Assembly: GCA_963850905.1 (NCBI GenBank)
Contig: CAWKMU010000004.1
Coordinates: 448,001-512,000 of the forward strand
Length of the DNA: 64,000 bases
Direction of reading: 5' to 3'
Origin: an uncultured Gemmatimonadales bacterium
Lineage (GTDB): Bacteria > Gemmatimonadota > Gemmatimonadetes > Gemmatimonadales > Gemmatimonadaceae
Position numbers and translations under genes: made by a program. Under the pieces are notes generated by a model. That model saw only the letters and a program-made list of their open reading frames with translations. It did no database searches and was not told the origin of the DNA. Below are positions 32,573 to 42,798 of this stretch, in pieces (the first letter of the stretch is position 1; each line of letters begins with the position of its first letter).

Positions 32573-34012
32573 TCACGGCGCTACGTACGCCGTTTTGACG
32601 ATCGTGTAGAACTCCTTTGCGTACGTGCCCTGCTCCCGCGGGCCGTAGCTCGACTTCTTTCGCCCGCCGAAGGGGACGTGATAGTCCAATCCGGCCGTCG
32701 GAAGATTCACCATCACCAGTCCACTGGCTGCGTTGCGCTTGAAGTGGCTCGCGTGCTTCAGCGATGTGGTCACGATACCCGCCGACAACCCGAACGGCGT
32801 GTCGTTCGCGACCGCCAGCGCCTCCTCGTACGATGTGACCCGGATCACTCCGGCGACCGGACCAAAGATCTCTTCGCTGTTAATGCGCATGCGCGGCGCC
32901 GATTCGGTGAACAGCGCCGGCGCCATGTAGTACCCGTCGGTTGCACGACGCAGCCGCTCACCACCATAGGCCAGACGGGCGCCTTCCTGCTTGCCGATCT
33001 CCACGTACTCGAGATTCTTCTGCAGTTGACGCTCGTCGACCACGGGCCCGATCTCCGTACCAGGCTTCAGCGCATCGTCGATGACGAGCGTCTTCATTCG
33101 CTCGATCATTGCCGTCACGAACCGATCATGGATGCCCTCGGTCACGATGATGCGACTCGACGCCGTGCATCGCTGGCCCGCCTGGAAGAACGCTCCATTC
33201 ACCGCGACCGAGACCGCCGTCGGGAGATCGGCATCGTCGAGCACGATGAGCGGATTCTTGCCCCCCATCTCCAACTGGACGCGACTTCCCGCCGGGATCG
33301 CCGCGGCCACGACCGATGTGCCGACTTCCTGCGAGCCGGTGAAGCTCACGGCGTCCACATCGGGCGACGAGGCAAGCGCGGCGCCAAGTGTGGCACCTGG
33401 CCCCATCACCAAATTCAGCACGCCAGGCGGGAGTCCCGCCCGCTGCACGATGTCCACGATCGTCCACGGAGACGCCGGCACGAGCTCGGCGGGCTTGAAG
33501 ACGACGCAGTTCCCGAAGGCGAGCGCAGGCGCGATCTTCCACGCCGGTATCGCGAGCGGAAAATTCCATGGTGTGATCGCAGCGACCACACCGAGCGGCT
33601 CGCGCGTCACCTCGACCTCGATCCCCGGCCGCACCGAGTCCAGCTTTTCTCCCGTCAGTCGGACCGCTTCGCCGGCGAAGAATTTGAAGAGCGCACCCGC
33701 TCGCGCTGCTTCGCCGATCCCGTCCGCAAGCGGTTTCCCCTGTTCACGGGACAGCAGCCGGCCTAATTCCTCCTTCCGCGCGAGGATCTCACTCCCCGCC
33801 TTGTCCAGAATGTCGAACCGCTGCTGCGATGTCGTCCTCGACCACGTCCCAAATGCTTCACGCGCGGTCGCGATCGCAAGCTCGACGTCGGCGGGCGTGC
33901 CACGGGCGAACTCTCCGACCACGTCCGCGAGATTGGACGGATTGAGATCGGTCGATCGGTCCGCCGAGGCAATCGCTCGGCCGCCAATGACGTTGGGATA
34001 GGTCGTGACCAT
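32573..34012 (-). CDS. NAD(P)-dependent aldehyde dehydrogenase (2,5-dioxovalerate dehydrogenase-like)
   Basis: ITPWNFP, FTGS, LEMGGKNP, GQRCTA, EEIFGP. Confidence 0.93.
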   Translation of the reverse strand: MVTTYPNVIGGRAIASADRSTDLNPSNLADVVGEFARGTPADVELAIATAREAFGTWSRTTSQQRFDILDKAGSEILARKEELGRLLSREQGKPLADGIGEAARAGALFKFFAGEAVRLTGEKLDSVRPGIEVEVTREPLGVVAAITPWNFPLAIPAWKIAPALAFGNCVVFKPAELVPASPWTIVDIVQRAGLPPGVLNLVMGPGATLGAALASSPDVDAVSFTGSQEVGTSVVAAAIPAGSRVQLEMGGKNPLIVLDDADLPTAVSVAVNGAFFQAGQRCTASSRIIVTEGIHDRFVTAMIERMKTLVIDDALKPGTEIGPVVDERQLQKNLEYVEIGKQEGARLAYGGERLRRATDGYYMAPALFTESAPRMRINSEEIFGPVAGVIRVTSYEEALAVANDTPFGLSAGIVTTSLKHASHFKRNAASGLVMVNLPTAGLDYHVPFGGRKKSSYGPREQGTYAKEFYTIVKTAYVAP

Positions 34013-34021
34013 AGAGATGTC

Positions 34022-34931
34022 CTACGACGAAGTGCTGGTGAGACGTGGCTTGGCGATGTGAGCAATCTCGCACAGGACGTCGACCATCGAGGAGAAATCT
34101 TTCGCCCCGTGACCGGAGCTGCGGGCGACGCTGAAACTCTCACGCGCGGCAGCCGCCACAGGCATCGGGACCTTGACTGCGTTGCCGGCTTGCACGATCA
34201 GAGTGAGGTCCTTGTGAGCCAAGTCGATGGTAAAACCGGGCTCCGTGTCTCCCTTCAACACCTTCGCCGGCCACGCGATCGCGAGCTGTCCGTTCGTCGC
34301 GGTCGTGCCATGAATGACATTCGAGCGTTTTTCGCAGCGAGAGTCCGAACCGCTGCGAGAGGGCCAGGGCCTCGGCGTTGAGCTGGCAGGAGATGATCGC
34401 TAGATAGTTGTTGACCAGCTTCGTCCGCATGCCGGTGCCCACCGCACCGCAGTGATGGATCGTGGTCCCCATCGCCTCCAGGAGCGGCTTGACCTGGGCG
34501 AATGTCGCCTCGTCTGCGCCCACCATGAAAAGCGACTCGCCGCGCTCGGCGTGGCTCGCGAGCCGGCCAACCGGCGCGTCCACGAAGGCCATCCCCTTGC
34601 GCTTCGCCGCCGTCGCTAGCCGATCGGTCACCAGCGGATCGATCGTGCTCATATCCATGATCACCGACCCGGCGCGCGCATGCGCGAGCACCCCGTTGGC
34701 TCCAGTGATCACCTCCTCGACGACAGCCGAATCGGGGAGCATCGTGATGACCACGTCCGACGACTGCGCGACCTCGGGAACCCCTTTCGCGCCCCTGGCG
34801 CCAAGGCCAGCGACTGCGTCGACCGGCGGCGTGAGAACGTCGTACACCACGAGCGAGAATCCCTTGCGCACGAGGTTCGACGCCATCGGCCTGCCCATGT
34901 TGCCGAGCCCGATGAATCCGACCGTTGTCAT
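34022..34931 (-). CDS. Beta-hydroxyacid dehydrogenase family reductase, YihU (sulfolactaldehyde reductase)-like (frameshift ~34320)
   Basis: [50 protein letters not shown]. Confidence 0.85.
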
Positions 34932-34972
34932 GGCGCTCCCGTGTAGGTGAGAGTCCGGAATGTACGCACGAA

Positions 34973-35155
34973 GACCGGCTGGGGCGACGCATTGCGTCGC
35001 CCACCATGGCCGTCCGCAGAATCTTCGCTCAGGACGGATAGGGGCGACGCATCGCGTCGCCTGGCATGGCCGTCCGCTGAATCTTGCTTTGGACCGGTAG
35101 GGGCGACGCATTGCGCCGCCCGCCATGAGCCGTCCGCAGAATCTCGCTCGACGGT
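34973..35155 (+). repeat. Three ~60-bp units, each a REP palindrome plus a conserved CATG(G/A)..CCGTCCGC(A/T)GAATCT linker
   Basis: Read directly. Confidence 0.85.
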
Positions 35156-35183
35156 CAGGGCAACCCATCCCGCCGGCCCAGCA

Positions 35184-36578
35184 TCACGGTCCGTTAGGCG
35201 GTGCCAGTTGGCCGTCGGAGCGCAGCATCTCGAGGCTCGCCTCGAGTGCGGCCGCCGTGGCGTCGATATCGGCGGCGGTGTGAGCGGCGGACGTGAAACC
35301 CGTCAATCGGCTGTTCAGGTCAACGCCGTTCGTCAACAGTGCGAGGCGCAGGAGCTGGGCCAGCGCCGGTGGGTTCGAGAGTAGCTCGCGATAGCTCAAC
35401 GCCATCGGATCGAACTGCAGCGGGTCGATGTCGCGGCGCTGTGGATTGAGGAAGAAGTGGAAACCGCTGAAGGTGCCGTAGACAGCCCATGGCACGCGAG
35501 CCGCCGCCAGCACATCGTTGAGCCGTGTCCGCAGGGCTTCGGCCGCAGCGGTCGCGCAGCGACACGCGTCGGTGGTGCCGACGAGCGTCAGCGTCGCGAT
35601 CCCGGCCGCCGCCGACAGCGGATTGGCATTGTACGTGCCTGGGTGCGTGATCTTCTCGCGGCCCTTGCGCTCCATCGCCTCGAAATCGATCCCGTCCAGG
35701 ATGTCGCGTCGGCCGCAAACGGCTCCGCCGGGCAACCCGCCCGCAAGGATCTTGGCCAAGGCGGTGATGTCGGGCATGATGCCGAATTCCGCTTGGGCGC
35801 CGCCCGGCGAAACGCGGAAGCCCGTGATGACCTCGTCGAACACGAGGAGGATGCCGCGCTTCTCGGTCTCCTCGCGAACGAGCGACACGAAGCCCGGCGA
35901 GATCGGCGCCGCGCCAAAGCTCGTGCCCGTCGGCTCGAGTATGACGCATGCGATGTCGTCGTGGCTCGCGAGAGCCTGTCGCAAGGCGGCGGGGTCGCCG
36001 GGTGGCAGCAGAATCACATTCTCGGCGACACCTGCGACCACTCCGAGGGTAGCCGAGCCATCGAAGTGATTGGTGTGTCCCGACGTCATGTGGTCGTGCC
36101 ACCCGTGGAACTGCGTGAGGAAACGCACGAGCTTTGGCTTCCCCGTTGCTGCTCGCGCCAGACGCACGGCCAGGAGGGTCGCTTCAGTGCCAGAGGAGGT
36201 GAAGCGTACGGACTCGGCCGACGGAATGAGCTGGTGCACCAGCTGCGCCCACCGAACCTCGCCCGCATGGTTGGCGCCGAAATGCGTGCCGTACTTCAGC
36301 GCCGCCTCGGTCGCTGCCACTACCCGTGGATGGTTGTGGCCGAGGAGCAGCGAGCCGTGGCCGCCGAAAAAGTCGATGTACTCGTTGCCATCGACATCCC
36401 ATTTACGCGATCCCGCGGCGCGCTCGACGTAGATGCCGTATGGCTTGGTGTACCGAGCGTCATGCGTGATACCGCTCGGCAACAGCTCGCGCGCCTCCGC
36501 GGCTATCCGCTCCGAGCCCTGGGTGCGGCTTCGATAGGCCGCCACGATCGTCGAATCAGTCAAGGTTGCGACAGACAT
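35184..36578 (-). CDS. Class III PLP aminotransferase (glutamate-1-semialdehyde aminomutase-like fold)
   Basis: WDVDGNEYID, RFTSSGTEAT, FHGWHD, FDEVITGFR, LAKILAGGLP, HPGTYNANP. Confidence 0.92.
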   Translation of the reverse strand: MSVATLTDSTIVAAYRSRTQGSERIAAEARELLPSGITHDARYTKPYGIYVERAAGSRKWDVDGNEYIDFFGGHGSLLLGHNHPRVVAATEAALKYGTHFGANHAGEVRWAQLVHQLIPSAESVRFTSSGTEATLLAVRLARAATGKPKLVRFLTQFHGWHDHMTSGHTNHFDGSATLGVVAGVAENVILLPPGDPAALRQALASHDDIACVILEPTGTSFGAAPISPGFVSLVREETEKRGILLVFDEVITGFRVSPGGAQAEFGIMPDITALAKILAGGLPGGAVCGRRDILDGIDFEAMERKGREKITHPGTYNANPLSAAAGIATLTLVGTTDACRCATAAAEALRTRLNDVLAAARVPWAVYGTFSGFHFFLNPQRRDIDPLQFDPMALSYRELLSNPPALAQLLRLALLTNGVDLNSRLTGFTSAAHTAADIDATAAALEASLEMLRSDGQLAPPNGP

Positions 36579-36618
36579 TGTCGGATGGGTGACAAAAGGT
36601 ATCGAACGATTCACTAAT

Positions 36619-37371
36619 CTAGCGCATGGAGCAGTTGACGTAGACGAGGCCGCGGTGAGCGCTCGCGATCGCGCTCGTTCGCGGCAGCTCAGAGGCGTAG
36701 TCCCCGCGCTCGATCCGCCACAGATACGGAGGATGGGAGCCGGGATAGATGTCGACAACGCCGCCATCGAGCAGGTAGTAGGCATAGAGAAGGACGGGTG
36801 TTTCCTCGACCAGGAACATCGCCCACCGTTCGAGGCTCGCGGCGTCACGTGTCCCGTTGGCGCGGTCGCGTGCGTGCGCAACCACATCACTATAGAGGCA
36901 ACCGCGCGCCTCCCACGCCCCGTTGACTTCTCCGCTGAGCCAGGGCGGCGTCTCCGCTGCCAGGTCGCCCCACGAGATGAACGAGAGGCGTTGCGAGTCG
37001 TACCGACGCAGGATCCTGCGCACCTGCCGCACCCGGTCCTGGCTCAAGCGTCGCACACCATCGATCCCACGCTCGGCACTCTGTCCATTGGTTGCCGCCA
37101 CCGCATTACGCAGATACGGCCGGTCGACCACCGTGACGTAGCCGACCCGGAGGCACTCGCTGGCGAACCGGCAGTAGCCGTCGATGAGCGCCGTGGTGAA
37201 CAGGCGATTCTTGATGCTGACCATCAACATCCCGACGCGATCAACAAGGGACGTCGCGTCAGGTGGGGCCGTCCGGCAGCTCATCTCTCCCCCAAGCCGC
37301 TCGTGGCCGCGCCACGGAACCGAGAAGATGACGGGCGGATCGGCCGGTCGCGTCGTCGACCTGGCCGTCAT
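36619..37371 (-). CDS. tRNA-dependent cyclodipeptide synthase (CDPS)-like protein, XYP type
   Basis: ~250 aa. LMVSIKNRLFT (SxxN), VVDRPY..N, FLVEETP (Y/F-xxx-E-x-P) and DIYPG (YP) occur in CDPS order. ATG overlaps the upstream TGA. Confidence 0.65.
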   Translation of the reverse strand: MTARSTTRPADPPVIFSVPWRGHERLGGEMSCRTAPPDATSLVDRVGMLMVSIKNRLFTTALIDGYCRFASECLRVGYVTVVDRPYLRNAVAATNGQSAERGIDGVRRLSQDRVRQVRRILRRYDSQRLSFISWGDLAAETPPWLSGEVNGAWEARGCLYSDVVAHARDRANGTRDAASLERWAMFLVEETPVLLYAYYLLDGGVVDIYPGSHPPYLWRIERGDYASELPRTSAIASAHRGLVYVNCSMR

Positions 37372-38237
37372 GTGGCGCGCGAACTGACGAAGTCCCGCAG
37401 TCGCCGCGCCGCCAGCTCGAGGTGGCGGCCGACCGGAGGAAAACGTTTCACCCACGACGGGGTAATCCCGACCGTCTTGTTCGCGTCAATCACGGTCGCA
37501 ACATCATCCACCATGAAGTAGTCGATGGCGCCGAAGTCGAAATGCAGTGCGCGCCGCACAGCGATCACCGCATCAGGTACGTCCGAAAAGCACTCGACAC
37601 CCACGACATTTTCGGGGTCGCAGAGCAACCCTTGATGGGTAGACCGGATATTGAGCTCCACGTCGAAGAAGAAATCGTATCGGTATTTCTCTATGGGTGG
37701 CTCGAGACGTCCGGGCAGAAACCGCTCGACCATCAGCCGGCGATCGTCCCACACTGCGCCCGGCACGGCGGCCATCAATGGATACACGGAGTACTCCGGA
37801 CAGGCGCGGGCCACGAAGCGCGTGTCAATCCGGGTTCGGAGGTTGTGCCAGGCGCGCCGCGATAGCGTCCGCCGGCTCTCGAACCGGACCTCGGGCCACC
37901 CGTGGTGGTTGAGCACCGTCTTCACGATCACGGGCCCATCGTAGGCGTCGCCGCGAACGACACGGACCGTCGAGTACAGCAGGCGAGAGATGTTTGTGGC
38001 GCGCCCATTGACGCATGCCGCGTAGCCCTCTTCTATCCCACGAAAGGTGTCTGGCACCACCGTGAGGTCTACGTGGAGAAACGCGTGGCTCCCACAGTCC
38101 TGCGGACGGAAACGGTCCAGGATTCGATACGCCAGGCGATCTCCTCCAGCGGCGCGGAGCATGTGCTGCAGCTTGTAATCCTCGCTTTGCAGAAATGCAC
38201 GCGCGTTCTCGACATAGATGTCGAGCTGGGCTGACAT
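37368..38237 (-). CDS. Divergent ATP-grasp-like protein (paralog 1)
   Basis: GPVIVKT, LMVERF, DFGAIDY...VIDAN pattern; homologous to 46720-47742. Confidence 0.6.
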   Translation of the reverse strand: MSAQLDIYVENARAFLQSEDYKLQHMLRAAGGDRLAYRILDRFRPQDCGSHAFLHVDLTVVPDTFRGIEEGYAACVNGRATNISRLLYSTVRVVRGDAYDGPVIVKTVLNHHGWPEVRFESRRTLSRRAWHNLRTRIDTRFVARACPEYSVYPLMAAVPGAVWDDRRLMVERFLPGRLEPPIEKYRYDFFFDVELNIRSTHQGLLCDPENVVGVECFSDVPDAVIAVRRALHFDFGAIDYFMVDDVATVIDANKTVGITPSWVKRFPPVGRHLELAARRLRDFVSSRAT

Positions 38238-38309
38238 GTCGGTCCCAATATGCCCGGGATCAGCCCCGGCACCCCGCGCCGTGTGTGGCCAGCGGGCTGC
38301 ACGTGGCGG

Positions 38310-40271
38310 TCACTGCTGGACCGTCAGCGCGAAGACAGAGATGGATGACGCCTGACCCGGCGCCCGATACACTCGTTCGGTCGCCGGCTGGAAATCGGAG
38401 TCATCAGCGCGATAAATGTCCTCGAATCGCTGCGGGTTCCGGTCCACGAGCGGGAACCAGCTGCTCTGAACCTGCACCATGATCCGGTGGCCGCGCTTGA
38501 ACGTGTGGAAGACATCATCCATGTCGAACTTGACGTGGGTCACAGCACCGGGTGTGAAGGGCTCCGGGTGCTCGAAGCTGTCGCGGAACTTGCCGCGGAT
38601 CACGTCCCCACGCACGAGCTCCTCGAAACCGCGGAGCGGGTGGTCCTGTTCGGCATAATAGAGAGCGCGCACCCGCTTCGCGTCGAGCGGCGTTGCCGCC
38701 GGGGGGCTAGCCCAATTGACGCCCGGTGGGTCCTCCGGGTGCACATCGATCACCTTCACCACCCAGTCGCCGTCGGTGCCCGTCGTCGATACGAAGAGAT
38801 CCGGTGCGATCGGTCCGGCAATCGTCACGTCGGCATCGAGCGGTGCGCTCTCGTACACGACCACATCAGGACGCCGCGTCGCGAAGCGCTGATCCTGCGA
38901 CATGTAGTCTGGATCCATATCTGTGCTGAGCGACGGTACGTACGGGACGGGGTGCCGTGGATCACTGACGTATTCGTCGAATGGCTTGCTGCCGGAATCG
39001 GCCGGCGGATCGAACGACAACAGCCCGTTCGCGTGGAAGTAGAGCGACTTCGGCCTCGCGCCCGGCGGCGGCCAGGACGCGAACTGACGCCACGTGTTTG
39101 CCCCCGTCTCGAACACGTAAGCGCGCGGCAGATCGGTCGGAGTGTCCGGCCGCAAATAGTGCTCGAAGAATGGGAAGATGATCGACGTTCGGTAGAACGC
39201 CGACGTGTTCGATCCGAAATGCAACGAGTTGATCGAATCGCCCGCGACAGTCCACTGGCCATGGTACCATGGACCGATCACGAGCCGCGCATCGGTCGAT
39301 GGGCTTTGCCGGACAATGCTCTGATACACTTGGAGCGCGCCGAACAGGTTGTTCGCGTCGTACCAGCCACCCACACTCATGATCGCCGGGCGGACGTTGC
39401 GAAGGTGCGGTCGCAGGTTCCGCGCTTGCCAGAGCGAATCGAACGTGCCGTGCTCCATGAGCTCCGTCCAGCCGGGGATTTGCCCATGGAAGTAGCGCGC
39501 ATCTGCGTTCTTGAGCGAGCCCAGGCCGAGGTAGAAGCTGAAGCCATCGGGCGTACCGAAGTCGAATGGCACGCCACACGACATCGATTGCCCTGCGCCG
39601 CTCCGCCCGCACATCGCCATCCAATTGAAAGCTGAGGTCAGGAAAAACGCGCCATTGTGGTGGACATCGTCGCCCATGAACCAGTCGGCTTGCGGCGCCT
39701 GCGGGGAGACCGCTTTGAGCGCGGGATGCGCATCGATCGCACCGGCCGCCGCGAAGAATCCACTATATGAGATGCCCCACAGCCCGACACGCCCGTTGTT
39801 GTGCTTGATGTTGTGGATCAGCCAGTCGATCGTGTCGTAGGTGTCCGTGCTCTCGTCGATGTCGTGCGGTCCGTGCTTGACGTCGAGGTGTGGCGTCATC
39901 TGCACGAACGTGCCACCGGACTTGAAGCGGCCGCGGACGTCCTGCCGTACGAAGATGTACCCGGCACGCAGAAAGTCGTCGCTCGGCGCGAGCGTATGGG
40001 GATAAGCATTCTCCCCGTACGGCCCGACCCCATACGGCGTGCGAACCATGAGAATGGGATATGCGCGAGCCGTGTCGCGTGGAACGAAAACCGCTGTGAA
40101 GAGCTTGACGCCGTCGCGCGCTGGAATCTCGTACTCGTACTTCTTGTAATGCGCCGGGACGTCGTACGGCGCGGCCCCGTTAGAAACACCCTGCGCACGA
40201 GCACTGACCGGCCCGGTCGAGGCCAGTCCAGTGAGCACAACGAGAAAGCGGAAGAGGCGACAGTGCAGCAT
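38310..40271 (-). CDS. Secreted CocE/NonD family hydrolase (alpha-amino-acid ester hydrolase/glutaryl-7-ACA acylase-like)
   Basis: RDGVKL, RTPY, QDVRGR..SGG, GISYSG, GPWYHG, QSSWFP..DRNP. Confidence 0.92.
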   Translation of the reverse strand: MLHCRLFRFLVVLTGLASTGPVSARAQGVSNGAAPYDVPAHYKKYEYEIPARDGVKLFTAVFVPRDTARAYPILMVRTPYGVGPYGENAYPHTLAPSDDFLRAGYIFVRQDVRGRFKSGGTFVQMTPHLDVKHGPHDIDESTDTYDTIDWLIHNIKHNNGRVGLWGISYSGFFAAAGAIDAHPALKAVSPQAPQADWFMGDDVHHNGAFFLTSAFNWMAMCGRSGAGQSMSCGVPFDFGTPDGFSFYLGLGSLKNADARYFHGQIPGWTELMEHGTFDSLWQARNLRPHLRNVRPAIMSVGGWYDANNLFGALQVYQSIVRQSPSTDARLVIGPWYHGQWTVAGDSINSLHFGSNTSAFYRTSIIFPFFEHYLRPDTPTDLPRAYVFETGANTWRQFASWPPPGARPKSLYFHANGLLSFDPPADSGSKPFDEYVSDPRHPVPYVPSLSTDMDPDYMSQDQRFATRRPDVVVYESAPLDADVTIAGPIAPDLFVSTTGTDGDWVVKVIDVHPEDPPGVNWASPPAATPLDAKRVRALYYAEQDHPLRGFEELVRGDVIRGKFRDSFEHPEPFTPGAVTHVKFDMDDVFHTFKRGHRIMVQVQSSWFPLVDRNPQRFEDIYRADDSDFQPATERVYRAPGQASSISVFALTVQQ

Positions 40272-40318
40272 GGGAAGATGAAGGTGGCGGGTGCTGGCCC
40301 CGAAGGTCAGGTCTCCAA

Positions 40319-40388
40319 CGTCCAGCGTCTAGCGTCCAGCGTGCAGCGTCTAGCGTCTAGCGTCTAGCGTCTAACGTCCAGCGTCTAG
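40319..40388 (+). repeat. Heptamer array (CGTCYAG-like)x10
   Basis: Read directly. Confidence 0.9.
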
Positions 40389-40394
40389 CCTCTC

Positions 40395-41904
40395 CTATGG
40401 CGCCGCTGCCGGCTTGCCACTCGGCGCAGCGTGCGTGCCGTCAGGCCCGTGATCGTAATCCTGGACACTCGAGATATTGGGCATGCCCCAGTCGTGCCCA
40501 TTCCATCCATCGAAGCCGTCCATCCGGAAGAACCACACACCGGCGTCCTCGTCGCTGATCATGATCAGGCCGTCGCGATTCCGCACATCAATCCCAAAGG
40601 CCCCTTGATCGACGGACTGCGTGTTCATGAACGCGCGGGCCATTGATCCGATTCTGGTGGCTGCAGGGACAGGTGTAGTACCAGCCGACCTCGGTCGGGT
40701 GCGCTGGATCGTACATGCTGAAAATCTGCAGCCCGTCCTCATAGCCCGACACGAACACGAATGGCCAGCGTACCTCATGGTTGTGTGCGAGGTCCCGCCA
40801 GTCGGCCTGCCACGCACCGATCGGGTGGTTGATAGTCTGCACCTTCCCGTCGAGGCCCGGCTGCAGATCATACACGCGAAGCGGAGCGTATTGGTACTCG
40901 GTCTCCGTGATCGCGAATCGGCCGTCGGGACTCGGGGTGAACGTATGCCCCCAGTCGACGCCTGAAGAGCCGGTCACCGACGTCAGGAGCTTGGGCTGGG
41001 CGACGTCCGTGATGTCGTAGACATAGTATCCGCCCCGGCCGGCGCCATAGAACTTGTCCTGATGCGTCGCCGGGTCGTACGCGACATAGAAGTCGTGATA
41101 ACCCATGCGACCCAGCATGGTCGTCTCACGGGTGTCGGGCACAGGGACCTCGCCAATCTTCCACGCCGCTGGGTCGCCCCCTGAGACGACCTTGGCGAGG
41201 TCGTAGACGTTGGCACGTGGTGCCGCAACGGTCGCGAAGAGCAGCACACGGCCGTCCGAATGCTTGTACACGAAGGTATTGTGAAAGCCGCTCGGCGTCT
41301 CAGGCGCTCGAATGCGCGCGATGATCTTGATCTTGCTGGTGTCGGGAAGATCGGTGACGTCCGCAATCACCGCCCCAAGGTCTGCGTCGGGGGTGCCTTG
41401 GGCAAAGCCAAACGACTGCAGGTAATAGTATCGGCCGTTCAGCTTGAAGTACTTGCCATCCATTCCTCCAAGCATTCCCCGGTGAAGCGCAACGTTCTCC
41501 ACGGTCCATCGATAGAGCAAGCGAACGTTACTGAGGTCGTGGAGGTCGATGATCGCGAAGCCAGAGCGGTCCTGCGCCATCGAGACGTAGGCATATGGGC
41601 GGTTGGGATCCTGCTCGATCTCGTCATCCATGACGCGAACCGATCCGCCGAGCGGGATGTGCGCGATCGGATGGATGTTCGCGCTCCCACCGACCTTGAC
41701 CCCGGGGAGAATGCCGGGAGGGGCGGTCCCGGGAGCCTGCGCGACTACTGCCGCTGCGCTCGCAACCAGCGCGATGCCGACACCGGCGGCCTGCCACCGG
41801 CGCAATCGGTCGCCGCGCCGCGCCGTCCCCTGGCGCCGGGTGGGCGTACGTAGCTCGCGATGACGGCAGCGATCGTCACTTGCGGGAATTGGCATTGGTG
41901 GCAC
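40395..41904 (-). CDS. Secreted LVIVD-like propeller protein, paralog B (frameshift ~40645; start approximate)
   Basis: Shared blocks DGKYFKLNGRYY, GYHDFY, HNHEVRWP, GFDGWNGHDWG. Confidence 0.75.
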
Positions 41905-42076
41905 CTCACGATGGGGCCAGAGCCTCGAGACCCAACTCGCACGAGCGAAGATGCAGGGGTTACGGTCGGGCAGCTAGCCCACGTGATTGGCCACCGCCTG
42001 GGCCCCGCCTTCTCGCCTCGACCGCGCAGGGTTAGATATCCGGACGACCTATAATCGCAACCAGGAGGCTCCTCCA

Positions 42077-42721
42077 ATGAAGGCCATCGCCTTTGCCGTC
42101 GCGCCAGCATTGCTCATCGTCGGCGCGCTTCCTGCCGCCATCGCAGCGCAAGGAGCACCACCGCCGGTGGCCACCGAGGTTGGTGGCGCGCAGCTCGCGA
42201 TGAAGGTCCTGCCGGCGCAGGGCGGCGCCACACTGACCGTCACGAGCCCGGCATTCAAGGCCGGCGGGGACATCCCCTTCGAGAACACGCAGTACAAAGG
42301 CAACGTGTTCCCTGGCCTGTCGTGGAGCGCGGGTCCATCAGCGACGAAATCGTACGCGATCATTATGCAGGATCCGGATGCCATGAGACAGGGCGCTCCG
42401 ATCCTTCACTGGACCATGGTCAACATCCCGGCCACGGTGATGAAGCTCGAGGCGGGCATGACGGCGCCGCCGGCTGGCGCCGAGTACGGCCCCAACATCC
42501 GGGGCGCCAACCAGGCCTACATGGGCCCGCACACGCCTCCCGGTCCGAAGCACCGCTACCACATTCAGGTCTTTGCGCTCAGCACGACCATTCCGTCCGA
42601 GGCGACCGCGAGCTACAGCGCCCTCCTCGACGCCATGAAGGATCACGTGCTCGCGAGCGGCGAGCTCATCGGACTCGGCCAAGCCCTTACCGGCGCCACG
42701 ACTGGTATGGCGGCGAAATGA
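42077..42721 (+). CDS. YbhB/YbcL (PEBP) family secreted protein
   Basis: AGGAGG RBS; VTSPAF, MQDPDA, HW, Y.GP..P.G..HRY...VFAL. Confidence 0.9.
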   Translation: MKAIAFAVAPALLIVGALPAAIAAQGAPPPVATEVGGAQLAMKVLPAQGGATLTVTSPAFKAGGDIPFENTQYKGNVFPGLSWSAGPSATKSYAIIMQDPDAMRQGAPILHWTMVNIPATVMKLEAGMTAPPAGAEYGPNIRGANQAYMGPHTPPGPKHRYHIQVFALSTTIPSEATASYSALLDAMKDHVLASGELIGLGQALTGATTGMAAK

Positions 42722-42763
42722 CCACCGTCGGGTAGCACTCAAACACACGTTGCATCAAATCAG

Positions 42764-42790
42764 AAGGCGAGCGACCGTGTCGCTCGCCTC
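42764..42790. terminator. GC hairpin between convergent genes
   Basis: AGGCGAGCGAC-CGT-GTCGCTCGCCT. Confidence 0.55.
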
Positions 42791-42798
42791 CATTCATT

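Noticed and set aside
34973..35155. CRISPR array (palindromic repeats at ~60-bp period; also 7609-7757)
   Set aside because: The spacers resemble each other, repeats are degenerate, single copies are dispersed and no cas genes are seen. REP clusters fit better.
35184..36578. Calling the aminotransferase hemL
   Set aside because: It has PSGITHDAR instead of the HemL-type PGGVNSPVR, and no tetrapyrrole genes are nearby.
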